Below are positions 47,936 to 60,584 of a stretch of DNA of 64,000 bases, one piece after another. The notes under the pieces are model-generated. The model was not told the DNA's origin, searched no databases, and saw only the letters and a program-made list of their open reading frames with translations. The stretch is from Camelus ferus. Taxonomy: Eukaryota. Position 1 is the first letter of the stretch. The number at the start of each line of letters is the position of its first letter. Both the position numbers and the translations under genes were made by a program. The stretch lies in assembly GCF_009834535.1 (NCBI RefSeq), contig NC_045697.1, positions 32,738,001 to 32,802,000 on the forward strand. Reading direction: 5' to 3'.

Positions 47936-50104
47936 CTTTCTATCTCAATAATTTTGAATATTCTTAGGTGACATGTTATAGGACTATTATGAATATGTTT
48001 TTTTTTAATGAAGTCCTCCAAAATCTCCTCATGATTCAACTAACTTTGGCCTTTGTAACAGATAGTGAAAGTTCCTAAGCCATGAAACTACATCACATAT
48101 TATGGCACAGAAATGAAATTATCTCTCTTTAATATCAACCCAGGCAGCATGCACTTGCTTTCCAAATTGCAACTTTTCTACTGATATTTGAATATGAGCT
48201 AAGGCATGATAATGAACCCCTAATTGTCCCCTCACTTGAAAATGTGTGGAATAATACATAAAATGACCTCAGGGTGACTTTTCAGAATCTCATACTTACT
48301 GAAAGAAATGAAAAGAAACAAGTAATGACTAACCTCAGAGGAATATCTCCTGCTTAGTAGCACAATGTCTGGCACATATTAGAGATTAAAATATTACTTG
48401 CTGAATAAAAAATATATGGCTTTTTAAATTATTTCACAGTGAAATTAATTCAGAAAAACTAATGTCATAAATCTGCTTCATTTCTATTGTCACATAAATC
48501 TTTTATTTCAATTCACATGTAAGAGAATAACATGCTGTTATAATTACAACTATTATTACAAATTTTAATGATGTTATTTTTCTTATCTATCATTTGGAGC
48601 TAAAAAAAGAGCAGTGAGTGTAGTTTCACCTGAATTACTACTAAGGCATTTACAATAGTTGAGTATTAAATTAAATGTTATAATATACCAATTTTCATTA
48701 AATAAGCCTGGAGCAGCTTTTAAAAAAATTATTGTCACTTGAGCTAGGAATTACAACTTTCTCTATTATGTTTTATATTCATCATAAAGACTAAATTTGG
48801 AGTTAGAAGAAATGCAATGTATTGCTTTAGGCCATTTTCGAGTATACAGATTGACAGAACTTTTCTTTAAACACAGTTTACAAGAAGGAAAATTTGAACT
48901 GAAAGGAAATGGGACACAGCCATGTCTCTGTGTTTGAGTATTATGAATACCTTGGTTATGAGGGACTACCTGGAAAATACGTCCTTCCTATAGACTATTC
49001 ACTTGTGGTCCTATGTAATGGAAAAATACCTAGCTTTTTCTGATTATACATAAATGATCAAGGTTATACATAATAATATAAATTGGTAGAGAAATTTAGT
49101 TAGAGGATAATTAGCTGAGATAGCTGGAGCGGCTGCAAAGCATTTCCTTGTGTAAATACGATCTTGAGGAATCCTAAGCCCCTAAATTGACAATGAATTC
49201 CTCTATTCTCTTATTTTATTCTTCTCAGGGACTCCCAAATACAGCCTTTTAAAGTTAAATTTTTCAGATTAAGATTTCCTAGACTTCATAGGTTTTGTAA
49301 ATGCGTATGTCAAATCGCCATGAAGACAAGACTGTGGCTTTGAATCCTCACATGATAGTCTTTTGTTTGGGTGTTTATTTGTATTTCACTACCTGAAATT
49401 TTGTAAAAAGAAAAAAAAGAAAAATACAGCTTGTCATCATCTCTCTTTGCCCGTGAGCTGATAAAGACGTAGCATTTTAAGGGAGTCTTTGCACTAAGTA
49501 TGGGATCTCAGTCTCTATCCTTTTCACCACGTCTTTGCATGAGCCAAATGACTCGTCTCTCCTGGGCAGTTTCTGGTTCAAAAATTGCTTCTAATTTTTG
49601 GCATCTATAGGTTTTCTTTCTCTTAAATTCAACAAGACTGAAAAAGCAGTTATTATATTTATTCACTATTTTTATTTGTTTTAGTATCTGGTCCACAATT
49701 ACGCTAGGATTAACAATGTTAGTGTAACCTAATTTTTAGCCAGAATTTATAACTGATTGTTTTAGTATTGCACTGTCATAATTTAGCTTGATTGTAGTTT
49801 CTGACGTTTGTTAAAAATAGTGAAAATATTTATTCATTAAGACTACCTTTTAAATAATACACCTAGGACATAACAGGTTAGTTTTCTTTTTGTTCAGTAA
49901 AATTATTGATTGAGAGCTTTATTAAAATTTTATACCAATCTGTTATAAATAATTGTTTTTATTGTTTGCAGTTTCTCAGAATTTTTGTCTTTTGTTTTTT
50001 GTGGTTTTTTTTTGTTTGTTTGTTACTATCCCTACTTATCTAATTCCTTCCATTTTATTTCCCCAAACACATTATCCCATGGAATTTGACATTCTAAATT
50101 AATC

Positions 50105-50575
50105 TGTGGTAGATGTCTGCTTTTCCCTGCCCAACATGCCTTCTGTCATCTTTTAGAAAGACAACCAATTATTCTCTGAGGAATGTCTCATTTTTTATCT
50201 GATAGAGATTTCAATCAACAGGAAGTCACGTTTGCTCCACCAACTGGGGTGGTCAAGTGATAGCCTGTACTTTCTGCTACAGTTATTTTTCCAATGCAAG
50301 GTTTTGTTTAAAGAGGATACTTTTCTTTTTTTCACACGTAAACCAGAAATACCGAGGACATCTTCATTACACATGTATAATGCTTGCCTGAAATTAAAGC
50401 TTCAAAGTTTGTGAGAGCTAAAAAGATAGATTTGTGATATTATGTAACTCTGTGCATTAATCTAAACCTAAAAAAAAGTATTTTACTGGTTATTTAGCTT
50501 AAGCCAAAAAATTTCATTTCTTTAGTTAGTTCAGTGTCTTTTTTCACTTTTAATCAGAATGTCTTCAAAGACCCA
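50105..50575 (+). mobile_element. Old MLT1K/L-type LTR, decayed
   Basis: Starts 'tgtggtagatgtctg...ccctgcccaacat'; ends 'gcttaagcca...tttttcacttttaatcagaatg'. Confidence 0.45.
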
Positions 50576-50589
50576 AGTCATGCCTGAAA

Positions 50590-51490
50590 TATTCTAGATT
50601 TAGCCTTTGTCCAAGAGTCTTATCCATAATTTCAGTTAAGATACACATATTTATAACTACTAAATTTATGTTTGCATCTCAAATTTCTTAGCTCCAACCA
50701 TGAATAGCAAATTTATAATCTTTACTTGAGTGTTTAGATGTACCGCAAATTCCAACATTTCCATGAAAAAAATCATTTACCTTTCATCTTTGCCCATTCT
50801 CATGCCCCTCCCAATAACTGTCAACTGAAAAAAAAAAAAAAAAAACAAACCAAAAACTGTACAACCTCAAGCTGGAACTTACTGAGAACTATAGCCCAGA
50901 AGATAGCTTCTCAGGTAGCTCTGAGGAACTGTTCCACAGAGATAAGGGAGGAGCGAGGCTATATAGGAGTTTTTCCTGATAGCAAAACAAAACAAAAACA
51001 TGTAGTTGAACATCAAAAGATTAGTGCTAAACAGAAAAACAGATATCTCAAGTTAATAATTTTAGCACTTTTCTTAGTATGGGAAAATGTAAGAATCTGG
51101 TCTCATTGAAGTTACTCCTTTGATAGGATGCTTAACTCTCTAGGGCCAGTATCTCACTTTCTTTTATCTTGAATGCCCTCAGGGTGCACTGTCAGGGAAA
51201 GCTGCAGTGGCTGATGGTTTGATGGCAGGCAACATTGTTTTTTTATTGAAATGACAGGCAGTATTTTTCTTTCTGAATAACTTTTTCCTATTTTCTAATG
51301 GTCCTAACCCACTGAATGATATTCATATCTATCTATGAATACAAACCTAGGAATCATAGTTGGCATGCCCTCCACTTTGAAATCCCATATCAAATAAAAC
51401 ATTAGTTATTCCTAATTTCACCTTCTTAATTATTCTTGTATCTGTCTGCTTTTCTCCATTCCCAGGACACCACACCAGTTTATCATAATA
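50590..51490 (+). mobile_element. L2 fragment split by an ERV1 LTR
   Basis: 'ttacttgagtgtttagatgtaccgcaaattccaacat' on the left; 'aaacctaggaatcat...cccatatcaa...ttctccattccca' on the right. Confidence 0.65.
50819..51277 (-). mobile_element. Artiodactyl MER41-like ERV1 solo LTR
   Basis: 'tgtcaactgaaaaa...tactgagaactatagccc...ctcaggtagctctgaggaactgttcca.agag.taagggaggag', 'aactctctagggccagtatc'; flanked by taac (50815-50818 and 51278-51281). Confidence 0.8.
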
Positions 51491-52164
51491 TAATTTTGCA
51501 AAAATTTAAAAATATGAATCTCATGAAACTATAAAGTGAACACATATCAAGTATTTTTATTTAATTCATTATTTACTGAGAGAAGTAATAAGAGGGTAAA
51601 TCTGGTTCAAAGAACATTTTGAAGTATAAGGGAGAAATAAGGTATGTAGAATCCACGGGAGAAGACATTTTTGAAGATTTACTTCAAAGTTAGAAATAAC
51701 ATTGGTTTATATTCAATTACAAGGCTATAAAAAACTGTAAACTTTGGAGTTATGTTCTCTACCGAACAGAAATTTACAAGTTCGCGATTATATTGACTCT
51801 GAGTTCTTAACACTAAATATAAAGTCAACCTAAGTACATCCCCTTAGATAATTAAACAATCCTTATGTGAGTCTATCACTTTGCTTAATTATCAATTTTT
51901 AATTTTTTTCTAAGTGTTCTTCCCATTTTGATCATAAATAATTGCCATGGATTATTCTCTAGCACAAAAGGCTGTTCTCATGTTTTGATCCATTTGTTTT
52001 TCATAGTGCAGAGTAATTTTTAAAATTACAAAAGTCATCAATTTACTGTGCTCAACTCTCAATACCCACGTTTTAAACCATTCAGTGCTTTCATTAATGT
52101 AGCTTGCAAGATACTGGAGTTTTAGAGACTTTTGTGCCTTTCTCATTTTAACTTAAACACTCTC

Positions 52165-52435
52165 TGGAGAAAGTGCTGAGAAAAGGGAACCCTCCTACAC
52201 TGTTGATGGGAATGTAAATTGGTGCAGCCACTATTCAAAACAGTATGGACGTTCCTTAAAAAACTAAAAATAGAATGTCCATATGATCCAGCAATCCCAC
52301 TCCTGGGCATATATCCAGAGAAAATTCTAACTGGAAAAGACACATGCACCCCAATGTTCATAGCAGCACTGTCTACAATAGCCAAGACATGGAGGCAACT
52401 TAAATATCCATTGACAGATGAATGGATAAAGACGT

Positions 52436-52479
<44 letters not shown>

Positions 52480-52943
52480 GAAATATTACTCAGGTACTTG
52501 GTCATAAAAAAAATGAAATAATGTCATTTGCAGCAACATGGATGGACCTAGAGATTATCATACTAGGTGAAGTCAGACAGAGAAAAACAAATGTCATATA
52601 CAATTACACATAAAAGTGATGTCACTTTTACGTGCAATCTAAAAAAAAATGATACAGCTAAACTTATTTACAAAACAGAAACAGACAGAGATAGAAAGCA
52701 AATTTATGGTTACCAAAGGGGGAAGGCAGGGAAGGGATGAATTTAGAATTTGGGATTAACAGATACATATTACTATAAATAAAATAGATAAATAACAAGG
52801 ACCTACTGTATTGCACAGGGACCTATATTCAATATCTTATAATAAGCTATAATGGAAAAGATTCTGAAAAAGAATACTGAATCACTTTGCTGTTAACCTG
52901 AAACATTGTAAATCAACTATACTTCCAGGAAAAAAAAAAGCAA
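52165..52943 (+). mobile_element. 5'-truncated lineage-specific L1 with poly(A) and TSD
   Basis: ORF 52219-52521 '[23 protein letters not shown]...[17 protein letters not shown]'; TSD aaacactctc (52155-52164) / aaatactctc (52944-52953). Confidence 0.93.
52437..52476. repeat. (GT)n microsatellite inside L1
   Basis: Direct reading. Confidence 0.98.
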
Positions 52944-52954
52944 AAATACTCTCA

Positions 52955-53372
52955 CCTTCTCCCTTGTGTACTTCTGCCTCTAGGACCTTGGATCTTCAGT
53001 TTAATCTTTTACTATGCAATAGTCCTTCCAAGAGCATAGGCCTTTTCGTTTTTAGGGGTAACACTTATATCCTGCCTTTTTCTTCACTCATCTAATTTCT
53101 ATTTAGTCTTTATAATGCAGCTCAGCGGTAACTTCCCCAGAGTGTCTTTCTGATACTCCCGTCTAAACCAGGCCCTTTACTATGTATTTTCATTGTGCTT
53201 TTATTCTTTACTTCAGAATTATCATCTCAATTTTTAATTATGCATTATTATTAGCAGACATATTTGATCACTGTTGGTAGAAATATATATAAATATTTAT
53301 ATATTTAAAATCTCACTTTTAACACCACACCTGGCACATACTGTACAGTCAGTACCTGTTTTGATTAATAGT
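52955..53372 (+). mobile_element. L2 3' region
   Basis: 'tctgcctctaggaccttg', 'gcagctcagcggtaacttcccc', 'cacacctggcacata'. Confidence 0.65.
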
Positions 53373-54304
53373 TACAGAATTTAATATAGCCTTCATAATG
53401 TCAACACTGTATTCTCACAGTGAATAACAGAATAAAAAAAAAAGAATCTTCTGCGCCAGTATTTTCTTTTATTATGTTAAATGACAGTCAAGATTATACC
53501 AAAGATAGTGTTAATTATGTCAAATGCTTACGGTTTCACACAATTTATAATTTAAATGTCAAATTAATAAACATATAATAATTTTACTTTATTGTAACAA
53601 TTCAGTTTTTATTAGATTTCCTTTTTAAAAATTTTAGATTCTCCTGTATATTCTTTTATGGCAAGCATCATACATTTTTTTCAGTAAGTTACACACACTG
53701 ACTTATAACATTGCCTTATTATAAACATATTTAAATGCCAACTTCTCAATGCACTTTCCCCATTGAATCTCACATGTGTGATGCCACATCCACCCATTTC
53801 TTACGTTTTGCTACAATAGATCAGTGTTCTGTGTTCTAAATGAAAATGCGTACATATTTATCAATATTCATATGAATCAGTATAAAGCAATTCAAATAGG
53901 GTGGAAAACATAAAGATACAAAAACCACCTGAAATTTCATCCAGAGATCAATCATTGCTAACATCTTTATTATCTTCCTTGCAGACACCTTTCTACACAT
54001 GCATATAATTTACGCAATGGAATAAAATTATTCATACAATTCAATGACTTTTAACAACATATTTTTATATATTATAAGGTAAAACATATAATAGTTAAAA
54101 CTGAATGGTGATATATATCATTTAGAAAAAAAAAACAACAAAGTCGCTTGACACATTTTTTCCTATTTCCCAGTTGTCATCCCAGAGGTATCTGCATTCA
54201 ACCATTTTAGTTGCTTTCTATTCTCCCCATATTCCCTCTGTAGATATATCATATTTTTGTTGAAATTACAATTTATTTAACTTATTAATAAATGTTTCAG
54301 ACTT

Positions 54305-57300
54305 ACTTAACTTGGGGTCCAAAGACGTCCATGAATTGAATTCAATAAATCTATGAACTTAGATGAGGAAAATATTTCTGTCTTCGTTTCTACTGATTTC
54401 TAACTGAAATTGAGCATTTTCTTAAAATAGGGATATAGACAAAATCAAGTAGTCCTAGCAGCATATGTGTTTTTATCATAAAAAGCAATATACACATTTT
54501 TCAAACATTTCTTTTATTGACGTATCATGTGTTTACAATGTGCAATTTCTGGTGTACAGTATAATGTTTCAGTCATTCATTTATTTACATACATATATGC
54601 CTTTTCATATTCTTTTTTCATTATAGGTTACTACAAGATAGTGAATACAGTTGCCTGTGCTATACAGCTGAAAATTGTTGTTCATCTATTTTATGTATAG
54701 TAGTTAGTATCTGCAAATCTCAAACTCTCGATTTATCCCTTCCCACACTCTTTCCCCCCGGTAGTCATAAGTTTGTTTTCTGTGTCTGTAAGTCTGTTTC
54801 TGTTTTATAAATAAGTTTATTTGTGTCTTTTTAGATTCCATGTGTTTTTCTTTCCCTTTCTGGCTTGCTTCATTTAGAAGGAAGATCTCCAGATCCATAC
54901 ATGTTGCCTGCAAATGGCATTATTTTATTATTTTTTATGGCTGAGTAGTATTCCACTGTATAAATATACCACAACTTCTTTGTCTAATTATCTGTTGGTG
55001 GACATTTAGTTTGTTTCCATGTCTTGGCTATTGTAAATAGTGCTGCTGTGAACAATGGGATGTAAGTACCTTTTTGAATTACATTCCCTCTGGATATATG
55101 CCCAGGAAAGAGATTGCTGGATCATATGGTAAGTCTATTTTTAGTTTTTTGAGGAATCTCCATGGTATTTTCCTTAATGACTGCATCAAACTACATTCCC
55201 ACCAACAGTATAGGAAGGTTCCCTTTTCTCCACACCCTCTGCAGCATTTATTGTTTGTGGACTTTTTAATATTGGCCATTCTGACTGGTGTGAGGTGATA
55301 CCTCATTGTAGTTTTAATTTGCATTTCTCTGATAATTAACAATATTGAGCATTTTTTCATGTGCTGTTGGCCATTTATATGTCTTCATTGGAGAATTGCT
55401 TCTTTAGGTCTCTGCCCATTTTTTTGATCAGATTGCTTGTGGTTTTGTTTTTGTTTTGTTGTTGTTGTTGTTGTTGTTATTAAAGTGTATGAGCTGTTTA
55501 TATATTCTGGAAATTAAGCCTTTATCAGTTGCATCATTTGCAAAAATATTCTTCTATTCCATAGGTTGACTTTTTGTTTTGCTTATGGTTTCCTTTGCTG
55601 AGCAAAAGCTTTTAAGTTAAGTAGGTCCCATTTGTTTATTTTTGCTTTTAATATTTCTATTGCCTAGGTAGACTGTCATAGGAGAACATTGCTAAGATTT
55701 ATGTCAGAGAATGTTTTGCTTGTTTTCTTCTAGGAGGTTTATAGTGTCTTATCTTATGTATAAGTCTTTAAGCCATTTTGAGTTTATTTTTGTGTATAGT
55801 GAGAGGGAGTGTTCTAATTTCATTGATTTACATGGGCTCTTCAGTTTTCCCAACAACACTTGCTGAAGAGACTGTCTTTTCTCCATTGTATGTCCTTGCC
55901 TCCTTTGTCAAAGATTAACTGACCTTAAGTCTGTGGGTTTATTTCTGGGCTCTCTGTTCTGTTCCATTGACCCATATGTTTTTGTGTCCATACTATGCTG
56001 TTTTAATTACTGTAGCTCTGTAGTATTGTCTGAATTCTAGGAAGGGTTATTTCTCCAGCTTCATTCTTTTTTTTCTTCAGTATTGCTTTGGCAATTTGGG
56101 TCTCTTGGGATTCCATATTAATTTTAGGATTATTTTTTTCTAGTTCTGTGAAAAATGTCCTGGGTAATTTGGTGGAGATCATAGTAAATCTGTAGATTGC
56201 TTTGGTTAGTGTAGCCATTTTAACAATATTATTTCTTCCAATCCAAGAGCATGGGATATTTTTCCATGTCTTTAAGTCATCTTTAATTTCTTTACTCAGT
56301 GTTTTATGGTTCTGCACGTATAAGTTTTTTGCTTCCTTAGATAAGTTTATTCCCAAGATTTTTATTTTTTGGATGCAGTTTTAATAGGGATTGTTTCTTT
56401 ACTTCCCTTTTCCGATATTTCACTGTTAGTGTAAAGAAATGCAACTGATTTCTATATGTTAATCTTGTATCCTGCTACCTTGCCGAATTTTTTAATAAGC
56501 TCTAGTAGTTTTTGTGTGTAGCCTTTAGGCCTTTATATATAGTATCATGTCATCCACATATAGTGACAATTTTAAATTTTATCTCTTCTCTTCCAATTTA
56601 GATCACTTTTATTTCTTTTTCTTGTCTGATTGCTGTGGTTAGGACTTCCAAGACTATGTTTTATAGAAGGTGACTGTGGGCATCCTTGTCTTGTTTCAGA
56701 TTTTAGCGGGAAGGCTTTCAACTTTTCACCATTGAGTATTATGTTGGCCATAGGTTTGTCATAAATAGCTTTTGTTATGTTGAGATATATTCCTTCTATA
56801 ACCACTTTAGAAAGAGTTTTTATCATTAATTGATGTCGAATTTTATCAGATGCTTTTTCTGCCTCTATTGAGATGATCATGTGGTTTTTGTTCTTTCTCT
56901 TATTGATGTGGTGTATCAAAATGATTGATTTGTGTATATTGAACCATCCTTGTGTCCCTGGGATGAATCTAACTTGATCATGATGTATAATCTTTTTTAT
57001 GTGTTGTTGGATTTTGTGTACTAACTTGATCATGATGTATAATCTTTTTTATGTGTTGTTGGATTTTGTGTACTAATATATTGTTGAGGATTTTTACATC
57101 TGTGTTCATCAGTGATATTGGCCTGTAATTTTCTTTTTTGGGAGTGTCTTTGTCTGGTTTTGGTATCAGGGTGGTGGTGGCTTCATAGGATGAGTTTAGG
57201 AGTGTTCCCTCCTCTTCAATCTTTTAGAAATGTTTGAGAAGGATCAGTATGAGTTCTTTGTATGTTTGGGAGAATTTGCTAGTGAAGCCATCTGTCCTGG

Positions 57301-57728
57301 ACTTTTGTTTGCATGGAGGTTTTTAATTGCTGATTCTGTTTCACTTCTAGTGAAATTCAACATATTCTTAAAATAGGAATGTAGACAAAAAACCAAGTGG
57401 TCCTAGCAATATTTGTGATTTTTATTACAAAAAGCAGTGTACTTTTAAAATCACATTCAAGTTGTTGTAGAGATTTCAAAATATCCACTATGTTCATCAC
57501 TAGTTACTAAGTCTATACTAAATCTTATTTGTTTAATGAATAGAGAAACCCATATAAAACTGAATTATATATTTAATAATTCATGAATAATATTTAAATA
57601 TAGCTAGTTTACTTTATAACATTATCTATTTTATTTTCTACCCTTGGAAACATTAATCTGAGAAAGGGTCCATAGGTTCCACCGGACTGCCACAGATGTC
57701 TACAGCACACAAATGTTAAAAAAACCTG
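54305..57728 (+). mobile_element. MER113 (hAT-Charlie) split by L1 (parts 54305-54500 and 57351-57728)
   Basis: 'aacttggggtcca...tgaacttagatg.ggaaaa...ctaactgaaatt' and 3' end 'ctgagaaagggtccatagg...ccggactgcca...gttaaaaaaacctg'. Confidence 0.8.
54501..57350 (-). mobile_element. About 2.85-kb 5'-truncated camelid-type L1 (ORF2 RT to 3'UTR), disabled
   Basis: ORF fragments 56572-57033 '[25 protein letters not shown]', 56003-56356 and 55079-55360 are all L1 ORF2. Confidence 0.96.
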
Positions 57729-58459
57729 ATTACATCATTAACATATAAAATTTTTTACAGCTGAATCAATTAACATAATATATTTATCTATATTTCCTTT
57801 GCTACTTTTTCCAAAATTAATAATTTTCTTGAAATGTTAAATTCTAAGCCTCTCTAGGGATTAGAATGTTTCAAATTGCTTCCTCCTCCAAGATACTGAC
57901 TCTCACCAAACAAGAGCCTTTACTATGCTGTTAAATACAATAATACAACCAAACATGTGATGTCATCACTAGTTCAGTTTGTTGTGCCTTTCTTCTCTCT
58001 CTTTCTTTTAAATTTATTTTGTCTTGTTTTTTCTTTTTTCCTTTCAAGATGCACGTGCACAGAGTCACACACAGTCACACATAATTCAATTACCTTTTTT
58101 TTAAACTTGTGTTTTGGGAGGGAGAGATTAATGCTTTGTATCAATCTCTGTTTAATTATGACTTATTGGTATTCAACGGCAGGTTGCAGGCATTTTCCAT
58201 GTTCATGAATGAGCTGCATTATTATTTTAATGGCTGCTTAAAATATCATAATGCATGTACTGTACTATCATTAATTTAACCAATCTCTATGATGCATACT
58301 TATTTGGTTTCTAAATAATGTTATTGTAAAAGTGGTGTTATGAATAAATCATCTCGTGCATATATCTTTTTTGCAGTCTGATTATCTCATTAGGGTAGGT
58401 TTCTAAAAAAAAATCGCTTTCTAATGCAAAGTGTACACATTTTCTGCCTGAACTCATAT

Positions 58460-58650
58460 TACTCCTCCACTTACATGCTCCATGTTCTTGAGCAAATTTC
58501 TTAATTTCTCTGAGTATTTTTTCTTATGTGCATAAAGGAACTACTACAATAGTGTTATTTTATTAGATTGCTAGTGCTAATTGTTTGAGTTAATATGCAT
58601 TCATTTATCTGACACAGAGTAAGCATTTATTAAATATGGTTATTATTACT
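58460..58650 (+). mobile_element. MIR SINE
   Basis: 'ccacttac...cttgagcaaatttcttaatttctctgag...ctgacacagagtaagcatttattaaatatggttattatta'. Confidence 0.72.
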
Positions 58651-59327
58651 GATATAGTAATTATTTATATAATATCTTTTCAGATAGTGTTTTATGAAGG
58701 TAGTATACTCATATAATTTGATAGTGAAAGTATTTGCTTTCCTATATCCATTCAGGCATTGAGATTTACCCATGTTTCTTCATATTTGCTGCATTATCAT
58801 TCTTCTTTAGTAAGTTGATTTGGTATCTGCTCTCTCCATTTCTTATTTTTATATTATGTTGCTTATTAAATGTGAGTACTTTAATATTTTTCAGTTTTAA
58901 TTGAGGTAAATATTATTTCTGATGTTCTGTCTTTTAAAGTTTTAAGTGAATTTTTTCTTTTGTCTTATGATTTCATGTTGATAATATTTATGGGTATTTT
59001 TATTTTCCTTTGAAGTTTTAAGATCAATTTATAATATCCTTCCTCAGTTCAAGGTTAAAGATATCTTTACTATTTTATTTTACATTTTTATAATTTCTAA
59101 TTCTATTTTGGAATCATTATTTTTGGTTTTTTTTTTTATTATAAAGCATAGTGAATGATAGTGTTTATTATATTTGTTGTACCAGATGACATAAGAAGTT
59201 ATCTTAATACCAATTTGTGAATAATTTTTCCTTTATTCCACTGAGTAGAAATTATATTTTAATCATAGAGTAAATGCCTCTAGCTCTGACTTTATATCTG
59301 TGCTTTCTGTTCTGTACATTGATTGAA

Positions 59328-59837
59328 ATGTGAGGCAGAGAACCTGACTTACCTATTCGGCATCCATCACTACCTTTTAACATTGTAAACATTATCTCAT
59401 TTATGGCCAGAAGGAAAGATCATTGTGAGGAAAGATCAGGAGATGAGTCATAATAGCCCTCTATCAGTAACTATAATTGCATTGTTTTCCTAGTGATTAG
59501 ACAAGAAGTAAGCATGTAATTCACTTCTGGTAAACGGCATGCTGAAAGAAGACTTTGTCTTTCCTAATAAGAGAAACCATTATAGGAAGGAAGTTTTCTT
59601 TCCATGCACACTTTCCTTTCTTCATGGATTGGTGTTGTGTGAGGACTTGATATTTGTTGCCATGGCAAGCATAGTGTAATAATGAGGAAAGACCAGAATA
59701 ATTGAGACACATATCTAGGGCTGCTGAAAAATAAAAATTTAAACTGCTCACTTTGGCATCTCAAGTAAATAATAAAGATCATTATCATTCAAACCACTGT
59801 CAATCAAGCATTCTGTTACCTGCTGCCAAACTAATAT
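59328..59837 (+). mobile_element. MLT1K/MLT1L-type MaLR solo LTR
   Basis: 'aggagatgagtcataat', 'tgtgtgaggacttgatatttg', end 'aaaccactgt...attctgttacctgctgccaaactaata'. Confidence 0.65.
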
Positions 59838-60584
59838 GGTTCTTTTGTTCCAATGCTGGTATCACACTGTTTTAATTATTAAGACCTCAGTATGATTCAA
59901 TATGAGATAATCAATAATCTTCTACAAATTTATCCTTATTAATTTTTTTGCTGTTCTCACTTCACATGAGTGTTTTTTAAGAAGGACTTTAGACTGTTTA
60001 TTTCATGTCATAAAAAAATTTGAATAAAGTATTAAGAACCTGAATAGAATTACTGGGAATGTATTTATTGGTTTGTAAATCAGGAATATTTTTAGAACAT
60101 TTATATTTTCAAATTGGCTCTTATTTGAATCAGCAAAGTTTAATAACTTTCTTCATGTAAGCTATGTTAAATACACTGAAGTATTTCTTTTGATTTTCAT
60201 TTATGTTTTAACTAGTCTCTTGACTTATTTCTCATATAGCTATTGCTTTTATTATGTTTCACAAGCTCACAGGAATAATATCCACACATGATAATTTTGA
60301 CCATTTTTGTATGATATTATTTGCTTACTGTGTTAGTGAGTACTTTCATTTTAATGTTAAATAGTGATGATAGATTCCAGGTTTTATTCCTGACATTAAT
60401 AGGAATGCTTTGACTATCACCATTAGGCAAAATACTGGCTTTTGTACTGATACAATTTTTTAAATCATTTTGAGAACATATCTAGATAATCTTACCATGG
60501 GTTCTTTATAATTTTTTGTATATTTTATTGGGATGATCTTATAGGTTGTCCTATTGATCTATAAAAATCTTAACTTAGCTGGGT

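Larger units (their letters stand above)
58140..60575 (-). mobile_element. Very old L1ME4-type element fragmented by MIR and MLT1 insertions
   Basis: 'ttttaatggctgc...aatttaaccaatc', 'gttctgtacattgat', 'gttttattcctgacattaataggaatgc'. Confidence 0.6.

Noticed and set aside
55079..57033. Cluster of minus-strand ORFs as a gene
   Set aside because: All are pieces of one 5'-truncated L1 ORF2.
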